Part shown: positions 1-9,823 of the stretch, in pieces
Layout: every line of letters starts with the position of its first letter
How positions within the stretch are numbered: the first letter of the stretch is position 1
Source: Patescibacteria group bacterium
Lineage (GTDB): Bacteria > Patescibacteriota > Patescibacteriia > UBA9570
Direction: 5' to 3'
Assembly: GCA_041665365.1 (NCBI GenBank)
Contig: JBAYIY010000007.1
Span: forward strand, 11,103-75,102
Length of the DNA: 64,000 bases
Position numbers and translations under genes: made by a program
The notes under the pieces: generated by a model
The model's input: only the letters and a program-made list of their open reading frames with translations
What the model was told of the DNA's origin: nothing
The model's database searches: none

Positions 1-15
1 GGGGTCAGTGTTTGG

Positions 16-1548
16 ATGCTTTATTTCAGAAATCCTGACACCATCACTAATGACAATAATATATTTCAAAGTAATGCTCAAGGTTTACAAGTAACGGCTG
101 AAGTTGATCCCGCTGGAGTTACTCAAGATATTTCTTCAGCCGGAGGCGAAATACAACTAGATTCATCAACTGATGCGGCCGCGACCCTAAACTTACCCGA
201 GCAAGCCTTAGCGGGTACAGAATCAATTAGTCTTAATAACATTAACACCTTAACCAATCTACCGTCCGGTATGGAGTTTGTCTTAGGTGTAGTGGTTGGC
301 CCAGATGGAACATTATTGGATAAACCCGCTACCTTAACATTGCCCGTACCGGCCGAGCAAAGCGCTAAAAATTTAGTCGGTTTTTCTTATTCCGGTGACG
401 GTAAAGATTTTCAGTTGTATCCTATAAGTCAAGACAATAATGTAGCCACACTGCAGTTAACTGGCTTTAGCGGTTATGGTATTTTGGTACTGCCAGATAA
501 CACGACCACACCACCGGCGCCGACCACGATTGAAAGGCAAGCCAAACAATATATTGCCAGCATTGTTTTATCATCCGGAAAAAAGACCGGCGGAGTAGAC
601 AGTGATCATTTGGGCAAAATCAAGAATATTTTAACCGGTTGGTTCAATGCTTCCGTTAAACCAAATTTAACCGCCGCCGTGACGGATGATAGCAAGCTTG
701 ATGCAGCCGTGCATGAATTTATTTCTTGGCAAGCTACGGTGCAGTGGTTTGGTTTAGATAGTTCATTTCAGACCGAAATTGATAAATCCCTCAATGATAT
801 TGCCACCGCTATCAATAACGCCAGTGCTAAAGCATCCAAACAGTGCACCACCGACAAAGATCCCACTCAAGCTGTAAAATTATTGCATTATTCCAAAATG
901 GTGCAGTTGTTGGGCTTGGAGGGGAAAGCCGGGGTGAGTAGTGATAAGATCAATCAAATGATTAAGGATTGTGTGAACTTTGAATTAAAGATCACCAGTC
1001 ATATTTCAATGTCGGCCTACGATACTATTTCTGAAATTGAAGCCTCCGGTACGGGGACAATTTCATATCAAGATAATATGAAGCTAGCCGGTAGTGCCGA
1101 AGTAACTGTCACGCGTAATCAAATCGTTACCATGAAACCATGTACGGCTAATGTACCGGAAACTTGGACACTGACAATTCCGGAATTTTCAATAGTCACG
1201 GCCAACACCGGGTCTAAATTTTCCATGCCTTTAGATTTAAGTTTGCCGGTGGATGGCAGTCTGGTCTGGGAATGTGGTGCCAGTTTACGCGATCTTGTGG
1301 CCGATGCCTCTGTGACCGATCCAAATAATGCCTGGGAGTTTGCTTTATTGCATGATGATGAACGTGTCGGTGCGCTGGGGGATCCGACTAGTTATGTTTT
1401 ACCCGATTGGGAAATGATTGGTAAAGGCGGTGTGTTTGCCAAAAAAGTTTATAACCGCACCGTGAATAATCCATTTGGGATTGGTAATGTGACCTATCAA
1501 GAGCAGACTACTTTCGAACTCATTCCAACTCCCAAGACTAGTAAATAA
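16..1548 (+). CDS. hypothetical protein, possibly 5'-truncated at window edge
   Basis: 510-aa ORF. The frame stays open back to base 1. Contains a Thr/Pro linker (PDNTTTPPAPTT). No family recognised. Confidence 0.5.
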   Translation: MLYFRNPDTITNDNNIFQSNAQGLQVTAEVDPAGVTQDISSAGGEIQLDSSTDAAATLNLPEQALAGTESISLNNINTLTNLPSGMEFVLGVVVGPDGTLLDKPATLTLPVPAEQSAKNLVGFSYSGDGKDFQLYPISQDNNVATLQLTGFSGYGILVLPDNTTTPPAPTTIERQAKQYIASIVLSSGKKTGGVDSDHLGKIKNILTGWFNASVKPNLTAAVTDDSKLDAAVHEFISWQATVQWFGLDSSFQTEIDKSLNDIATAINNASAKASKQCTTDKDPTQAVKLLHYSKMVQLLGLEGKAGVSSDKINQMIKDCVNFELKITSHISMSAYDTISEIEASGTGTISYQDNMKLAGSAEVTVTRNQIVTMKPCTANVPETWTLTIPEFSIVTANTGSKFSMPLDLSLPVDGSLVWECGASLRDLVADASVTDPNNAWEFALLHDDERVGALGDPTSYVLPDWEMIGKGGVFAKKVYNRTVNNPFGIGNVTYQEQTTFELIPTPKTSK

Positions 1549-1564
1549 TTGTTATAATTATTTT

Positions 1565-1888
1565 ATGAAATACACACCAAAAACAGCCACCGGTAAATGG
1601 TCTATTGGCCTAATTATTCTTACGCCAATATTATTTTATATGGGCGGTTTATTATCTTCCACCATGTATAGTGGCGTGGCCGCTGGTAATTCGATTTCAG
1701 AAGATATCGCTAATCGACCGGTATTGGCATATTCAATGATGGCCGGAATGATTGCAGGCATCGCCGCTTGCGCTTTTGGCTTGTATGCCATTGTCAAGCA
1801 AAAAGAAACGGCGACGTTGGTTTATATATCCACTACCGCCGGTGCTCTGCTCATGTTATTTCTCATCGGTGAGCTGATTTTTTCATAG
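1565..1888 (+). CDS. small integral membrane protein (about 3 TM)
   Basis: 107-aa ORF with three hydrophobic spans. Tightly spaced after the previous ORF. Confidence 0.5.
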   Translation: MKYTPKTATGKWSIGLIILTPILFYMGGLLSSTMYSGVAAGNSISEDIANRPVLAYSMMAGMIAGIAACAFGLYAIVKQKETATLVYISTTAGALLMLFLIGELIFS

Positions 1889-1890
1889 AC

Positions 1891-2109
1891 ATGATTATAA
1901 ATGTTCACGTCACACCGCGCGCTAAACGCAATGAGGTGAGCGCAGTTGATGCGACTCACTTTAAAATAAAAGTCACCGTGGTGGCCGAGAAAGGTAAGGC
2001 CAATGCCAAAGTGATTACATTCTTGGCCGAGCATTTAGGTGTGGCGAAAAGTTGTCTAGAGATAATAAAAGGGGAGACGAGCCGAGATAAAGTGGTACGT
2101 GTAATCTAA
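1891..2109 (+). CDS. YggU/DUF167 (UPF0235) family protein
   Basis: 72 aa. Pattern V.V.P.AK.N........ K..V.A....GKAN..V..FLA..LGV.KS...I..GETSR.K matches my recollection of DUF167. Confidence 0.8.
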   Translation: MIINVHVTPRAKRNEVSAVDATHFKIKVTVVAEKGKANAKVITFLAEHLGVAKSCLEIIKGETSRDKVVRVI

Positions 2110-2354
2110 TGTTTGATCAATTTTATTATACCCAATAACACTACTGCACCGAGTAAAGCGACCAGGAAACTGTACCAGTTAAAACCAATGACACTACTTT
2201 TACCCAGCCAACTCATTAGCACTCCGCCAATGATTGCTCCAATAATGCCTACTACGATATTCAGTAGTAAGCCCTGTTGAGCGTTTGTACCCATAATCAT
2301 GGAAGCGATCCAGCCCACTAACCCTCCAAAAACGATCCAAAGCAATATACCCAT
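2106..2354 (-). CDS. GlsB/YeaQ/YmgE family transglycosylase-associated membrane protein
   Basis: 82 aa. Gly-rich TM helices GGLVGWIA...GIIGAIIGG typical of the family. Confidence 0.85.
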   Translation of the reverse strand: MGILLWIVFGGLVGWIASMIMGTNAQQGLLLNIVVGIIGAIIGGVLMSWLGKSSVIGFNWYSFLVALLGAVVLLGIIKLIKH

Positions 2355-2453
2355 AGAATTAAAATAAATAATAAGTAGTTTAAGTCTACTCCAATTGATG
2401 TAATAATGCTAGGTTATTCTTAGCTGTTCTATATGATTATTTAGGGCATTCTG

Positions 2454-2909
2454 TTAGTTATATTGTCGCTGTGCGTTGAAAGAACCGCTCCAAGTACAAC
2501 CATCAGAGCTATGGACGTAAGTTCCTTTTATTCTAGTTTGTTTTATCCGACCTTTAATTAATCCATCCAAATAAGTTCCATCAGTAGGATAGATAAAGCG
2601 TACCCGATATTTGTCGTTTTTCTTAAACACTTTTCCCGACATAGCCATACGAGTTTCATCAAATGTCACAGCATTATTTGTTTTCAAGCCGCCCTTTTTC
2701 TTGAGATTAAGAGCCTGAATAATGATAAAACCAGTGTTACCAATATTTTCCGGTCGGCAAGGATCACTCGTAACTTCCCAGGTTCCGTTATAAGAATTTC
2801 CATTAAATCTTTGGCGTATAGACTTGGCTTTTGCCAGCCCTGGTGTTGTCAAAGAAATCGTTAAAGCACCAACAAAAATTGCCAGTAACACATGAGAAAT
2901 ATTTTTCAT
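2454..2909 (-). CDS. secreted hypothetical protein
   Basis: ORF track gives 2454..2951. The internal Met at 2909 begins a classic signal peptide, MKNISHVLLAIFVGALTISLTTPGLAKA. Confidence 0.55.
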   Translation of the reverse strand: MKNISHVLLAIFVGALTISLTTPGLAKAKSIRQRFNGNSYNGTWEVTSDPCRPENIGNTGFIIIQALNLKKKGGLKTNNAVTFDETRMAMSGKVFKKNDKYRVRFIYPTDGTYLDGLIKGRIKQTRIKGTYVHSSDGCTWSGSFNAQRQYN

Positions 2910-3147
2910 AAGTTTATTATTTAAGTAATTATTACTCATATTATAGCACAAACATATATCCTTCTGTACGTGAAGTTAAATATAACCAGTGGCATATTTT
3001 TTTGTCACTAAGCCCAAGCATTTAATGATAGTATTTGGCAGAATGTTGATTCTTGGGTTTATCAATTGCAGGATGCGGATATCAGTGAATTCAGTGATAC
3101 TGAATGTTGAATATATCAAGGCAGCTAAACTCGCTGCATATCTTAAT

Positions 3148-3266
3148 AAAATCACGCAGCAAGAATTTTCTATAATTCCATATCGAGCCGATCCAAATAG
3201 AGAATTAAATACGCATTAATAACCTAGCTGCGTAAGTAACTACTCGAAATGTACTTTTATGCAGGG
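3148..3266. repeat. copy 1 of a 110-120 bp direct repeat (partner at 4603-4713)
   Basis: aaaatcacgcagcaagaattttct[a/g]taattcc[a/g]tatcgagccgatccaaa[t/c]agagaattaaatacg... is shared with copy 2. Copy 1 has a 9-nt insertion (gcgtaagta). Confidence 0.85.
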
Positions 3267-3443
3267 CAATCTTACATAGTTTTTCATTTCACCATGAGGT
3301 AGTTGCTCAGATAAGGCGTTAAAAAATCACGTTTATTGATTAAAGCTGGGGGTGGTTCAGTTGGATTTCCATTTGAGCTCCCTCTATAACATATAAACTA
3401 AGCTCGCCGAAAAAAAGTTGAGTTTTTTAAATATGATTTGATG

Positions 3444-4517
3444 CTAACCCACCGTGACGGTAGTGACGGCACTGGTAATCGTTTTTCCGTTATGACGGTA
3501 TTTTACTTTATACTTGGCAGTTTTCCTAGCTGTATATGTTTGCGTGTAATATCCTATCTCCGCAGTAGTTAAAGTATCAATTTTTGTATAACTAGTTTTT
3601 CCAGACTTTTTTTGCCAGACCGTAACAGTTTGATTCTGTTTCCCATTTTCAAGCCAACCGTATAAGCGGAATTGTTTACCCTTATTTAGTTCCGTCTTGC
3701 TGGCGGCCAAACTAATGGGCAATTGCTCCTGTACTGTTAACGTTTTGGTCACTGTAGTAGCCTTGGCACTTGGAGCAGTGGTTGCAGATTCAGAAAATAT
3801 CACATTGAGCTCAAACACAGCTCCTCCAGTCACTTCGGTAATATCTAAGGAAGCTTGATTGTCGCCGTCAAATACCGCCATGCCAGCCCAGGCTAGCTCT
3901 TGACCACTATATTCACTCAATAAATCCTTAATTCCATCTGGCATGAAAACGGTCATTGAACCAGTCTTACCTACTGGACCAACCAGTGAATAACCAAACG
4001 CCGGAGTGGCTTGATCTGGTGATGGTGGAATCAAGGCCCAATCTTGAACATTGGTGGATAGCCAAAAACCTTTCATTTCTTCCGGTGGACCATCTTCACC
4101 AGCGGCATTATCTGCTACACCAACTAATGCCACCACCGCGATATTCTCTGGACTGGAACTATCGGTAGGTTGCTTCATACCGGATGGCACAAATTGAACA
4201 GTATAGGTACCGGCATCAGCATTGTACACAGGCGGTGTATCCACGGACATAGTTGTGCCTGGTGCAACCACGCCAGCTGGTTCTTCGTCAACGGTAAACA
4301 CAGCGGTATATTCAACACCGTTAGCAATGTCTGCTTCATCAATCAGCCAGCCAGCCAACACCACCCGTTCCGGTGCGCCACCCATCATATCAGTAATATC
4401 CTGCTGTGGTGCTGGGCTGATGCTTTGTAGGTCGGCTGTAAACGCCCAACCCGACAATGGCAGCAACAAACTAACCCCAAGACCTAGAAAATATTGGAAT
4501 GATTTATTCATAAACAT
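3444..4517 (-). CDS. secreted hypothetical protein with C-terminal beta-sandwich-like module
   Basis: 357 aa. Signal peptide MFMNKSFQYFLGLGVSLLLPLSGWA. No catalytic family recognised. Confidence 0.6.
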   Translation of the reverse strand: MFMNKSFQYFLGLGVSLLLPLSGWAFTADLQSISPAPQQDITDMMGGAPERVVLAGWLIDEADIANGVEYTAVFTVDEEPAGVVAPGTTMSVDTPPVYNADAGTYTVQFVPSGMKQPTDSSSPENIAVVALVGVADNAAGEDGPPEEMKGFWLSTNVQDWALIPPSPDQATPAFGYSLVGPVGKTGSMTVFMPDGIKDLLSEYSGQELAWAGMAVFDGDNQASLDITEVTGGAVFELNVIFSESATTAPSAKATTVTKTLTVQEQLPISLAASKTELNKGKQFRLYGWLENGKQNQTVTVWQKKSGKTSYTKIDTLTTAEIGYYTQTYTARKTAKYKVKYRHNGKTITSAVTTVTVG

Positions 4518-4602
4518 TTTTGTGATTATTTTTTTATTAAGTAATTATATCCACAGTGTACTACATCTTATTATTTCTAACAATTTTTCGCTTTGTACGC
4601 TC

Positions 4603-4713
4603 AAAATCACGCAGCAAGAATTTTCTGTAATTCCGTATCGAGCCGATCCAAACAGAGAATTAAATACGTATTAATTACCTAGCTACTATTCGAGATGTAC
4701 TGCTATGCAGGGG
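4603..4713. repeat. copy 2 of the direct repeat, abutting the 3' end of tRNA-Trp
   Basis: Aligned by eye to 3148-3266. Its last bases (tgcaggg) overlap the tRNA acceptor 3' strand. Confidence 0.85.
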
Positions 4714-4778
4714 GTGCAGGAATCGAACCCGCCCTAATGGTTTTGGAGACCACTGTACTACCGATATACGAACCCCCT
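4708..4778 (-). tRNA. trnW: tRNA-Trp (anticodon CCA)
   Basis: The reverse complement folds as a cloverleaf. Acceptor AGGGGGT/ACCCCCT, anticodon stem GTGGT/ACCAT, loop CTCCAAA, T-arm GCGGG-TTCGATT-CCTGC. CCA is not encoded. Confidence 0.85.
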
Positions 4779-4849
4779 AGGTAAAATAATGAGCTAAAAC
4801 ACTATAACTAAAAAGCCCTAGTCTGTAAATCCCTCATTATTTATTACCG

Positions 4850-7105
4850 TTATTCGACGCGCACGGTTACGACGCGGGATAGACCGGCAGCATATTCTTC
4901 GGCTTTTTGGGCAGATGGTGTCCAGCGTACTTTGAATTTGGTTAAAGCGGTGACTGGTTTGTGCCAGCTAACGCGACCAGTGATGGAGGTTCTGGCAGAA
5001 TCAATTAATTTCCAATGGTTGGATGATAGTTTACGATATAATCTGACGCTTTGATGTTTTAACACGCGCCCTGTGGAAGCATCGGATAGTTTAGTGCGTA
5101 ATGTGACACGACTGTCGGTTGGTACGGTCAGGGTGGGCTTTCTGTGTTGATTAGCGCGTAAGGTCATTGCAGGTTTGGATTGCAACAGATAAATACCGCG
5201 ATCATTACCGGCGGTTAAACCATCGAACAATAAAGAGTAATATTGCTCACCGGTTAAACCGGTATAGTATAAGCCCCAGGTAGCACCGGCATCGGTGGAT
5301 TTATAGATTACAGCTTTACTGTTGGAGTCAGAGCCAGCTAAATATAGAGTAGAAGTATTTTGTAGAGTCAAAGCATAGAAGTTACTCAAGTCGAGTGCAG
5401 CGGTCAGTTCTGTCCAAGTGGTGCCACCGTCAGTGGTTTTATAGGCACCAACACTGCCACCACCTAAGGCATACATGATTTGATCGTTAGTTGGGTCAAG
5501 TAATAATTTGCGTATTTCTTCGCTCGGTGCACCGGATAATTGTGTCCAAGTAGCGGCACTGTATTTATAAATACCAACGCCACCGATGGCCGTACCACCA
5601 CTAGCACCAATTCCGGCAAATAAATCACCACTCTGATTCATTATTAAAGTTTGGACAGACAAATCATCTGGCACAACCAGGTCAGTCCAGGTTTCACCTT
5701 GATCGGTGGATTTTAGAACTAAACCGTGTTTATCTCGGTTCGGATTATTATTGGCGACAGCGGCGTAGAGAATAGTGTTATCATTTGGGTCAGCGATAAT
5801 ATCAGATACTTGCTCATCACAAGACACGGTGCCAAATAAAATGTTATCAGACCAGGTTGTACCACCGTCGGTAGTTTTATAGAGGAAACAAATACCACCA
5901 GCTAACACCGTATTCGGGGTTGCCGGATCCAACCAGACAGAGACACCGGCTTCACCGAGCATGGGGAATTGCCAGGTTGGAGCTGAGTCCGTAAAGTTTT
6001 CAGTTTTAGCATAACCATTATATGAGGCTGTCCAGACAATATCTTTATCCGTCGCTTGGACAATATCTGTCACCATTACACCAGTAATACCTAGATTTTT
6101 TGCTGTCCACGTGACACCACGATCAGTACTCTTTAATATACCAACTTGTCCGTCACCATATAAGACATCAATATCAAAGATATCAATCATTAGGTTGTGT
6201 TCCGGTAAACGGAGATGTTCCGTCGGAAAGGCTGTCCAAGTAACACCGGTATCATCGGAGTAATATGAACCAAGATAAGCTCGACCGGTGGTATCGAAGG
6301 TGGTGTTGATGGCATAAATATCGGCAATTTCAGACCAAGTGGCGCCACCATCAAAACTTTGACGTGCTAAATAATCAAAACCGCCGGCTAAAACTAAATG
6401 TAGTGGATTAGTTGGATTCACAGCTAATTCTTCAGACGATGAGGTGTCGGAAATATCGGCAAAAGTATACAACAAACTCCAGGTTGCACCATTGTCGGTT
6501 GAGCGATAGACGATTGGATTAGTTTCATCTGTGTTATTACCCACCACATAAAGAGCCGCATCGGCTGATGAATAAGCCATGTTCCAAGCGGCGAAGTTAT
6601 CGGCGATGTTTACAACATCAAAACTAACACCATTGTCAGTACTGATATTTAAGGTCGCCCCCTCAGTGATTTCGAACAGGCGGTCGTTGGCATATAACAA
6701 TACTCCGGCTGAAGTGTCGGAAATTTTTTGCAAGGTAACACCTTGATCGATGCTGCGATACAGCGCATTCGCGAAAGCCACAAACACAATACCGGTCGCA
6801 GGATCAACTTCAACACTCAAACTAGTACTATAATCTGATCCGGCCGGTACGCCCACCCAATTATCACCGTCATCAGTCGAATAAAAAAAACCATTTGGGG
6901 TATTATTAGCCACCGCGTAGAGAGTATCCGTAATTGGATCTTGCGCCATGTCCCAAACGCTGCCGCCATATAAACCTAAATTAGTGGCGATACTTTGTTG
7001 CTGTTGATCGTCAACAATTAAATCTTCAGCTTGGGCAGTTTTGAGCATACCACTGCCCAACACTACACTAAGCAAACTTACTAAAAATAATATTCGTCTT
7101 TTCAT
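4850..7105 (-). CDS. secreted BNR/Asp-box repeat beta-propeller protein
   Basis: 751 aa with a signal peptide. About 11 Asp-box motifs S/TxDxGxTW, e.g. STDNGATW, SFDGGATW, STDRGVTW, TTDGGTTW, STDQGETW, STDAGATW. Confidence 0.8.
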   Translation of the reverse strand: MKRRILFLVSLLSVVLGSGMLKTAQAEDLIVDDQQQQSIATNLGLYGGSVWDMAQDPITDTLYAVANNTPNGFFYSTDDGDNWVGVPAGSDYSTSLSVEVDPATGIVFVAFANALYRSIDQGVTLQKISDTSAGVLLYANDRLFEITEGATLNISTDNGVSFDVVNIADNFAAWNMAYSSADAALYVVGNNTDETNPIVYRSTDNGATWSLLYTFADISDTSSSEELAVNPTNPLHLVLAGGFDYLARQSFDGGATWSEIADIYAINTTFDTTGRAYLGSYYSDDTGVTWTAFPTEHLRLPEHNLMIDIFDIDVLYGDGQVGILKSTDRGVTWTAKNLGITGVMVTDIVQATDKDIVWTASYNGYAKTENFTDSAPTWQFPMLGEAGVSVWLDPATPNTVLAGGICFLYKTTDGGTTWSDNILFGTVSCDEQVSDIIADPNDNTILYAAVANNNPNRDKHGLVLKSTDQGETWTDLVVPDDLSVQTLIMNQSGDLFAGIGASGGTAIGGVGIYKYSAATWTQLSGAPSEEIRKLLLDPTNDQIMYALGGGSVGAYKTTDGGTTWTELTAALDLSNFYALTLQNTSTLYLAGSDSNSKAVIYKSTDAGATWGLYYTGLTGEQYYSLLFDGLTAGNDRGIYLLQSKPAMTLRANQHRKPTLTVPTDSRVTLRTKLSDASTGRVLKHQSVRLYRKLSSNHWKLIDSARTSITGRVSWHKPVTALTKFKVRWTPSAQKAEEYAAGLSRVVTVRVE

Positions 7106-7181
7106 AAAAAATGGTTTTAAGGCTTTTTTAATATTATTAATACATAAAGCATAAATCTGTTCATGAGATTAGTCAATTATT

Positions 7182-7210
7182 TTGCGATTAATGTATAACT
7201 AAGGTATAGT
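7182..7210 (+). promoter_or_regulatory. sigma70-like promoter, leaderless layout
   Basis: TTGCGA (7182), 17 nt spacer, TATAGT (7205), then 6 nt to the ATG at 7217. Confidence 0.5.
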
Positions 7211-7216
7211 CTGGTT

Positions 7217-7816
7217 ATGTTAGATGTCATCATTATTTTAGGGAAAGGCTTAACGGCTGATGGCACATTACCAGAGATTGTGCAGCATGAGATTGATTAT
7301 GCTTTAAACCTTGCTAAACCAATTATATTTAGTGGTGATTATTGGGGATTGTGTCCAAATCCAGCTCGTACCACTGAGGCTGAAGCCATGAAAAAGTATG
7401 CTCAAGGCAAAATGCTAACACCAGTACAGTTATATTGTGAAAATAAATCAAAAGACACCATCGGTAATATTATTTTCAGTAAAAAGATTATTGATCAAAA
7501 TAATTTTAAGAATATACTGATATTATCAAGTTTTGATCATATCAAAAGGGTACAATATATTTGTGCACAGGTGTTTAAGAACGATTATGATATTAAATAT
7601 CATGGTCATCAGCACACTTACACCGTTTGGCAATACTTTCATACTAAACGTTACGAACAAATTGCATATTATTATGCTCAGTATTTTTTCTGGAAACTAA
7701 AACGATATCAACCCCAAAATTTGGTGCAGTATGTTTGGCAGCATCATTTTATGTATCGTAATAGCCTTGTGAAAAGGATACTAACTAGTTTAGCGAAACG
7801 ACCGCTACACAGATAA
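7217..7816 (+). CDS. DUF218/YdcF family protein
   Basis: Pattern IIILG.GL..DG......  ....FSG......TEAEAM..Y.......ENKS.DT.GN..FS......ILSSFDH..R matches DUF218. Confidence 0.7.
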   Translation: MLDVIIILGKGLTADGTLPEIVQHEIDYALNLAKPIIFSGDYWGLCPNPARTTEAEAMKKYAQGKMLTPVQLYCENKSKDTIGNIIFSKKIIDQNNFKNILILSSFDHIKRVQYICAQVFKNDYDIKYHGHQHTYTVWQYFHTKRYEQIAYYYAQYFFWKLKRYQPQNLVQYVWQHHFMYRNSLVKRILTSLAKRPLHR

Positions 7817-7817
7817 A

Positions 7818-7951
7818 GAAACACCTCCCCAACCCTCCTATCGTAGGAGGGAGTTAAGAAATTATCTTAATATTTATCCTACCCTTCCTACAATAGGAAG
7901 GGTGCCCGAGTCATCGAGGGCGGGATGGTGTTTTCCTGATTGGAGGTGTTC
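7818..7951. repeat. nested G/C-tract palindromic element (family 1), probable bidirectional terminator
   Basis: Fills the convergent gap 7817-7952. Outer arms gaaacacctcc/ggaggtgttc. Inner hairpins ccctcctatcgtaggaggg and cccttcctacaataggaaggg flank an AT-rich core. Confidence 0.8.
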
Positions 7952-7952
7952 T

Positions 7953-9764
7953 TTACTCAATCCCTAACTCTTTGCGGCGTTGGGCACTTTTATCTAAAGT
8001 CATTTTGCGCATGCGAATATTTTTTGGGGTTACTTCCACCAGTTCATCATCACCAATATATTCGAGTGAAGCATCTAAATCCATGATACGAGGGGCTTTG
8101 AAATGTTCATCAGTCCCATCACCTTTAGACCGCATGTTGGATAGCTGTTTGGCTTTGCAGATATTTACACTTAAATCAGCGGATCGGGCGTGTTGACCAA
8201 CCACTTGGCCTTTATAGACCTCAATGCCGGGACCAATAAACATAACACCACGATCTTGCACATTGCGTAAACCATACAAATTACTCTGGCCGGTTTCGTG
8301 TGCTACCAGTGAACCTTGATCGCGTTCTTTCCAGGCACCCGGGTCAGGCATGTATTTATAAAACATCGTATTCATAATACCCAAACCGCGCGTATCGGTT
8401 AAAAACTCATTGCGGTAGCCGAACAAACCGCGAGTGGGAATAATAAATTCTATGTAAACAATACCGTTATCAGACGTCATGTTTTGCATCTCACCATGGC
8501 GGCTGCCTAATTTTTGAATGACCGCACCCGAGTAGGCTTCAGGCACTTCGATAAAGATTTGATCATACGGCACCATTTTTTTACCGTCTATTTCTTTCAC
8601 AATTACTTGAGGGCGAGACACTTGTAATTCATAACCCTCGCGGCGTAAACGTTCGATCAAGATAGCTAAATGCAATTCACCACGACCACATACAACCCAA
8701 TTACTTTGCGGTCCATCGGTCACACGTAAGGCAGTATCAGTTTCCAATTCTTTAAAAAGCCTTTCCCGAATTTGGCGCGAGGTAGTAAAGTCACCTTCTT
8801 TACCAGCGAAAGGGGAATCATTCACCGAAAAAGTCATCTTCACAGTTGGCTCTTCGATTGTTAAGAGGGGAAGAGCAATCGGATTTTCCGGATCAGCAAT
8901 TGTTTCACCGATATTGGCTTCAGGTACACCGGCCAGAGCTACAATATCACCCGCGGTGGCTGTTTCAACTTCCGTGCGTCCTAAACCGGAGAAGGCCATA
9001 ATAGAAGTGAGCTTCAAAGTTTTTTGCACTCCTTTACGGTCGATATGAACCACATTTTGGCCGGCGGTTAATTTACCATTATAGATGCGACCAGTGGCGA
9101 TTCTACCTTTAAAACTATCGGCGGTTAAGGTAGTGACTAACAATTGTAATGGTTTAGCTGGATCACCAGTTGGTTCAGGAATATATTTTATAATCGCATC
9201 AAATATTGGGGTGATATCGGTCATGTCTTCCAACTTTGGTTCTAAACCCGCTTTGCCCATTTTAGCGGCCGCATACAAAATCGGGAAATCAGCCGTGGCA
9301 TCATCGGCGCCTAATTCTATAAACAAATCAAAGGTGCGGTTGAGTACTTCATTTATACGCGCATCTGGCTTATCAATTTTATTGATCACCACAATCACTT
9401 TTAGCTTCATTTCTAAGGCTTTACGCAACACAAACCGAGTTTGCGGCATGGGGCCTTCTTTAGCATCGATCAACAACAAACAGCCATTGGCCATTTGTAA
9501 GACGCGTTCGACTTCACCACCAAAATCTGAGTGGCCGGGGGTATCAATAATGTTGATTTTAGTATCATTATACTGAACCGAAGCGTTTTTGGAGAAAATC
9601 GTAATACCTCGTTCCTTTTCGAGATCATTACTATCCATGATTAACTCGGCGCCGGTTTGTTCCTTATTTAGGAAAGTTTTAGATTGGCGCAATAAAGCAT
9701 CGACCAAAGTAGTTTTACCATGGTCAACGTGAGCAATAATAGCAACGTTTCGTAGATTTGACAT
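7953..9764 (-). CDS. typA: translational GTPase TypA/BipA
   Basis: 603 aa. AHVDHGKTT, DTPGH, NKID G-motifs, and full-length similarity to BipA by recollection. Confidence 0.95.
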   Translation of the reverse strand: MSNLRNVAIIAHVDHGKTTLVDALLRQSKTFLNKEQTGAELIMDSNDLEKERGITIFSKNASVQYNDTKINIIDTPGHSDFGGEVERVLQMANGCLLLIDAKEGPMPQTRFVLRKALEMKLKVIVVINKIDKPDARINEVLNRTFDLFIELGADDATADFPILYAAAKMGKAGLEPKLEDMTDITPIFDAIIKYIPEPTGDPAKPLQLLVTTLTADSFKGRIATGRIYNGKLTAGQNVVHIDRKGVQKTLKLTSIMAFSGLGRTEVETATAGDIVALAGVPEANIGETIADPENPIALPLLTIEEPTVKMTFSVNDSPFAGKEGDFTTSRQIRERLFKELETDTALRVTDGPQSNWVVCGRGELHLAILIERLRREGYELQVSRPQVIVKEIDGKKMVPYDQIFIEVPEAYSGAVIQKLGSRHGEMQNMTSDNGIVYIEFIIPTRGLFGYRNEFLTDTRGLGIMNTMFYKYMPDPGAWKERDQGSLVAHETGQSNLYGLRNVQDRGVMFIGPGIEVYKGQVVGQHARSADLSVNICKAKQLSNMRSKGDGTDEHFKAPRIMDLDASLEYIGDDELVEVTPKNIRMRKMTLDKSAQRRKELGIE

Positions 9765-9772
9765 AAGGCAAG

Positions 9773-9801
9773 AGTATAATAGGTTACCTTAATGTCGTCA
9801 A
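9773..9801 (-). promoter_or_regulatory. sigma70-like promoter of typA, leaderless layout
   Basis: Minus strand: TTGACG, 17 nt spacer, TATACT, then 8 nt to the ATG at 9764. Confidence 0.55.
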
Positions 9802-9823
9802 GTTTTTGACAGTTTTTGTTCTG

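Noticed and set aside
2989-4674. ORFs 2989..3219, 4170..4430, 4222..4674 and 3956..4168 on the + strand
   Set aside because: They are antisense to, or overlap, the supported secreted-protein gene, or they lie within intergenic repeat copies. The shared endings KITQQEFS.IPYRADPNRELNT. simply translate the duplicated repeat.
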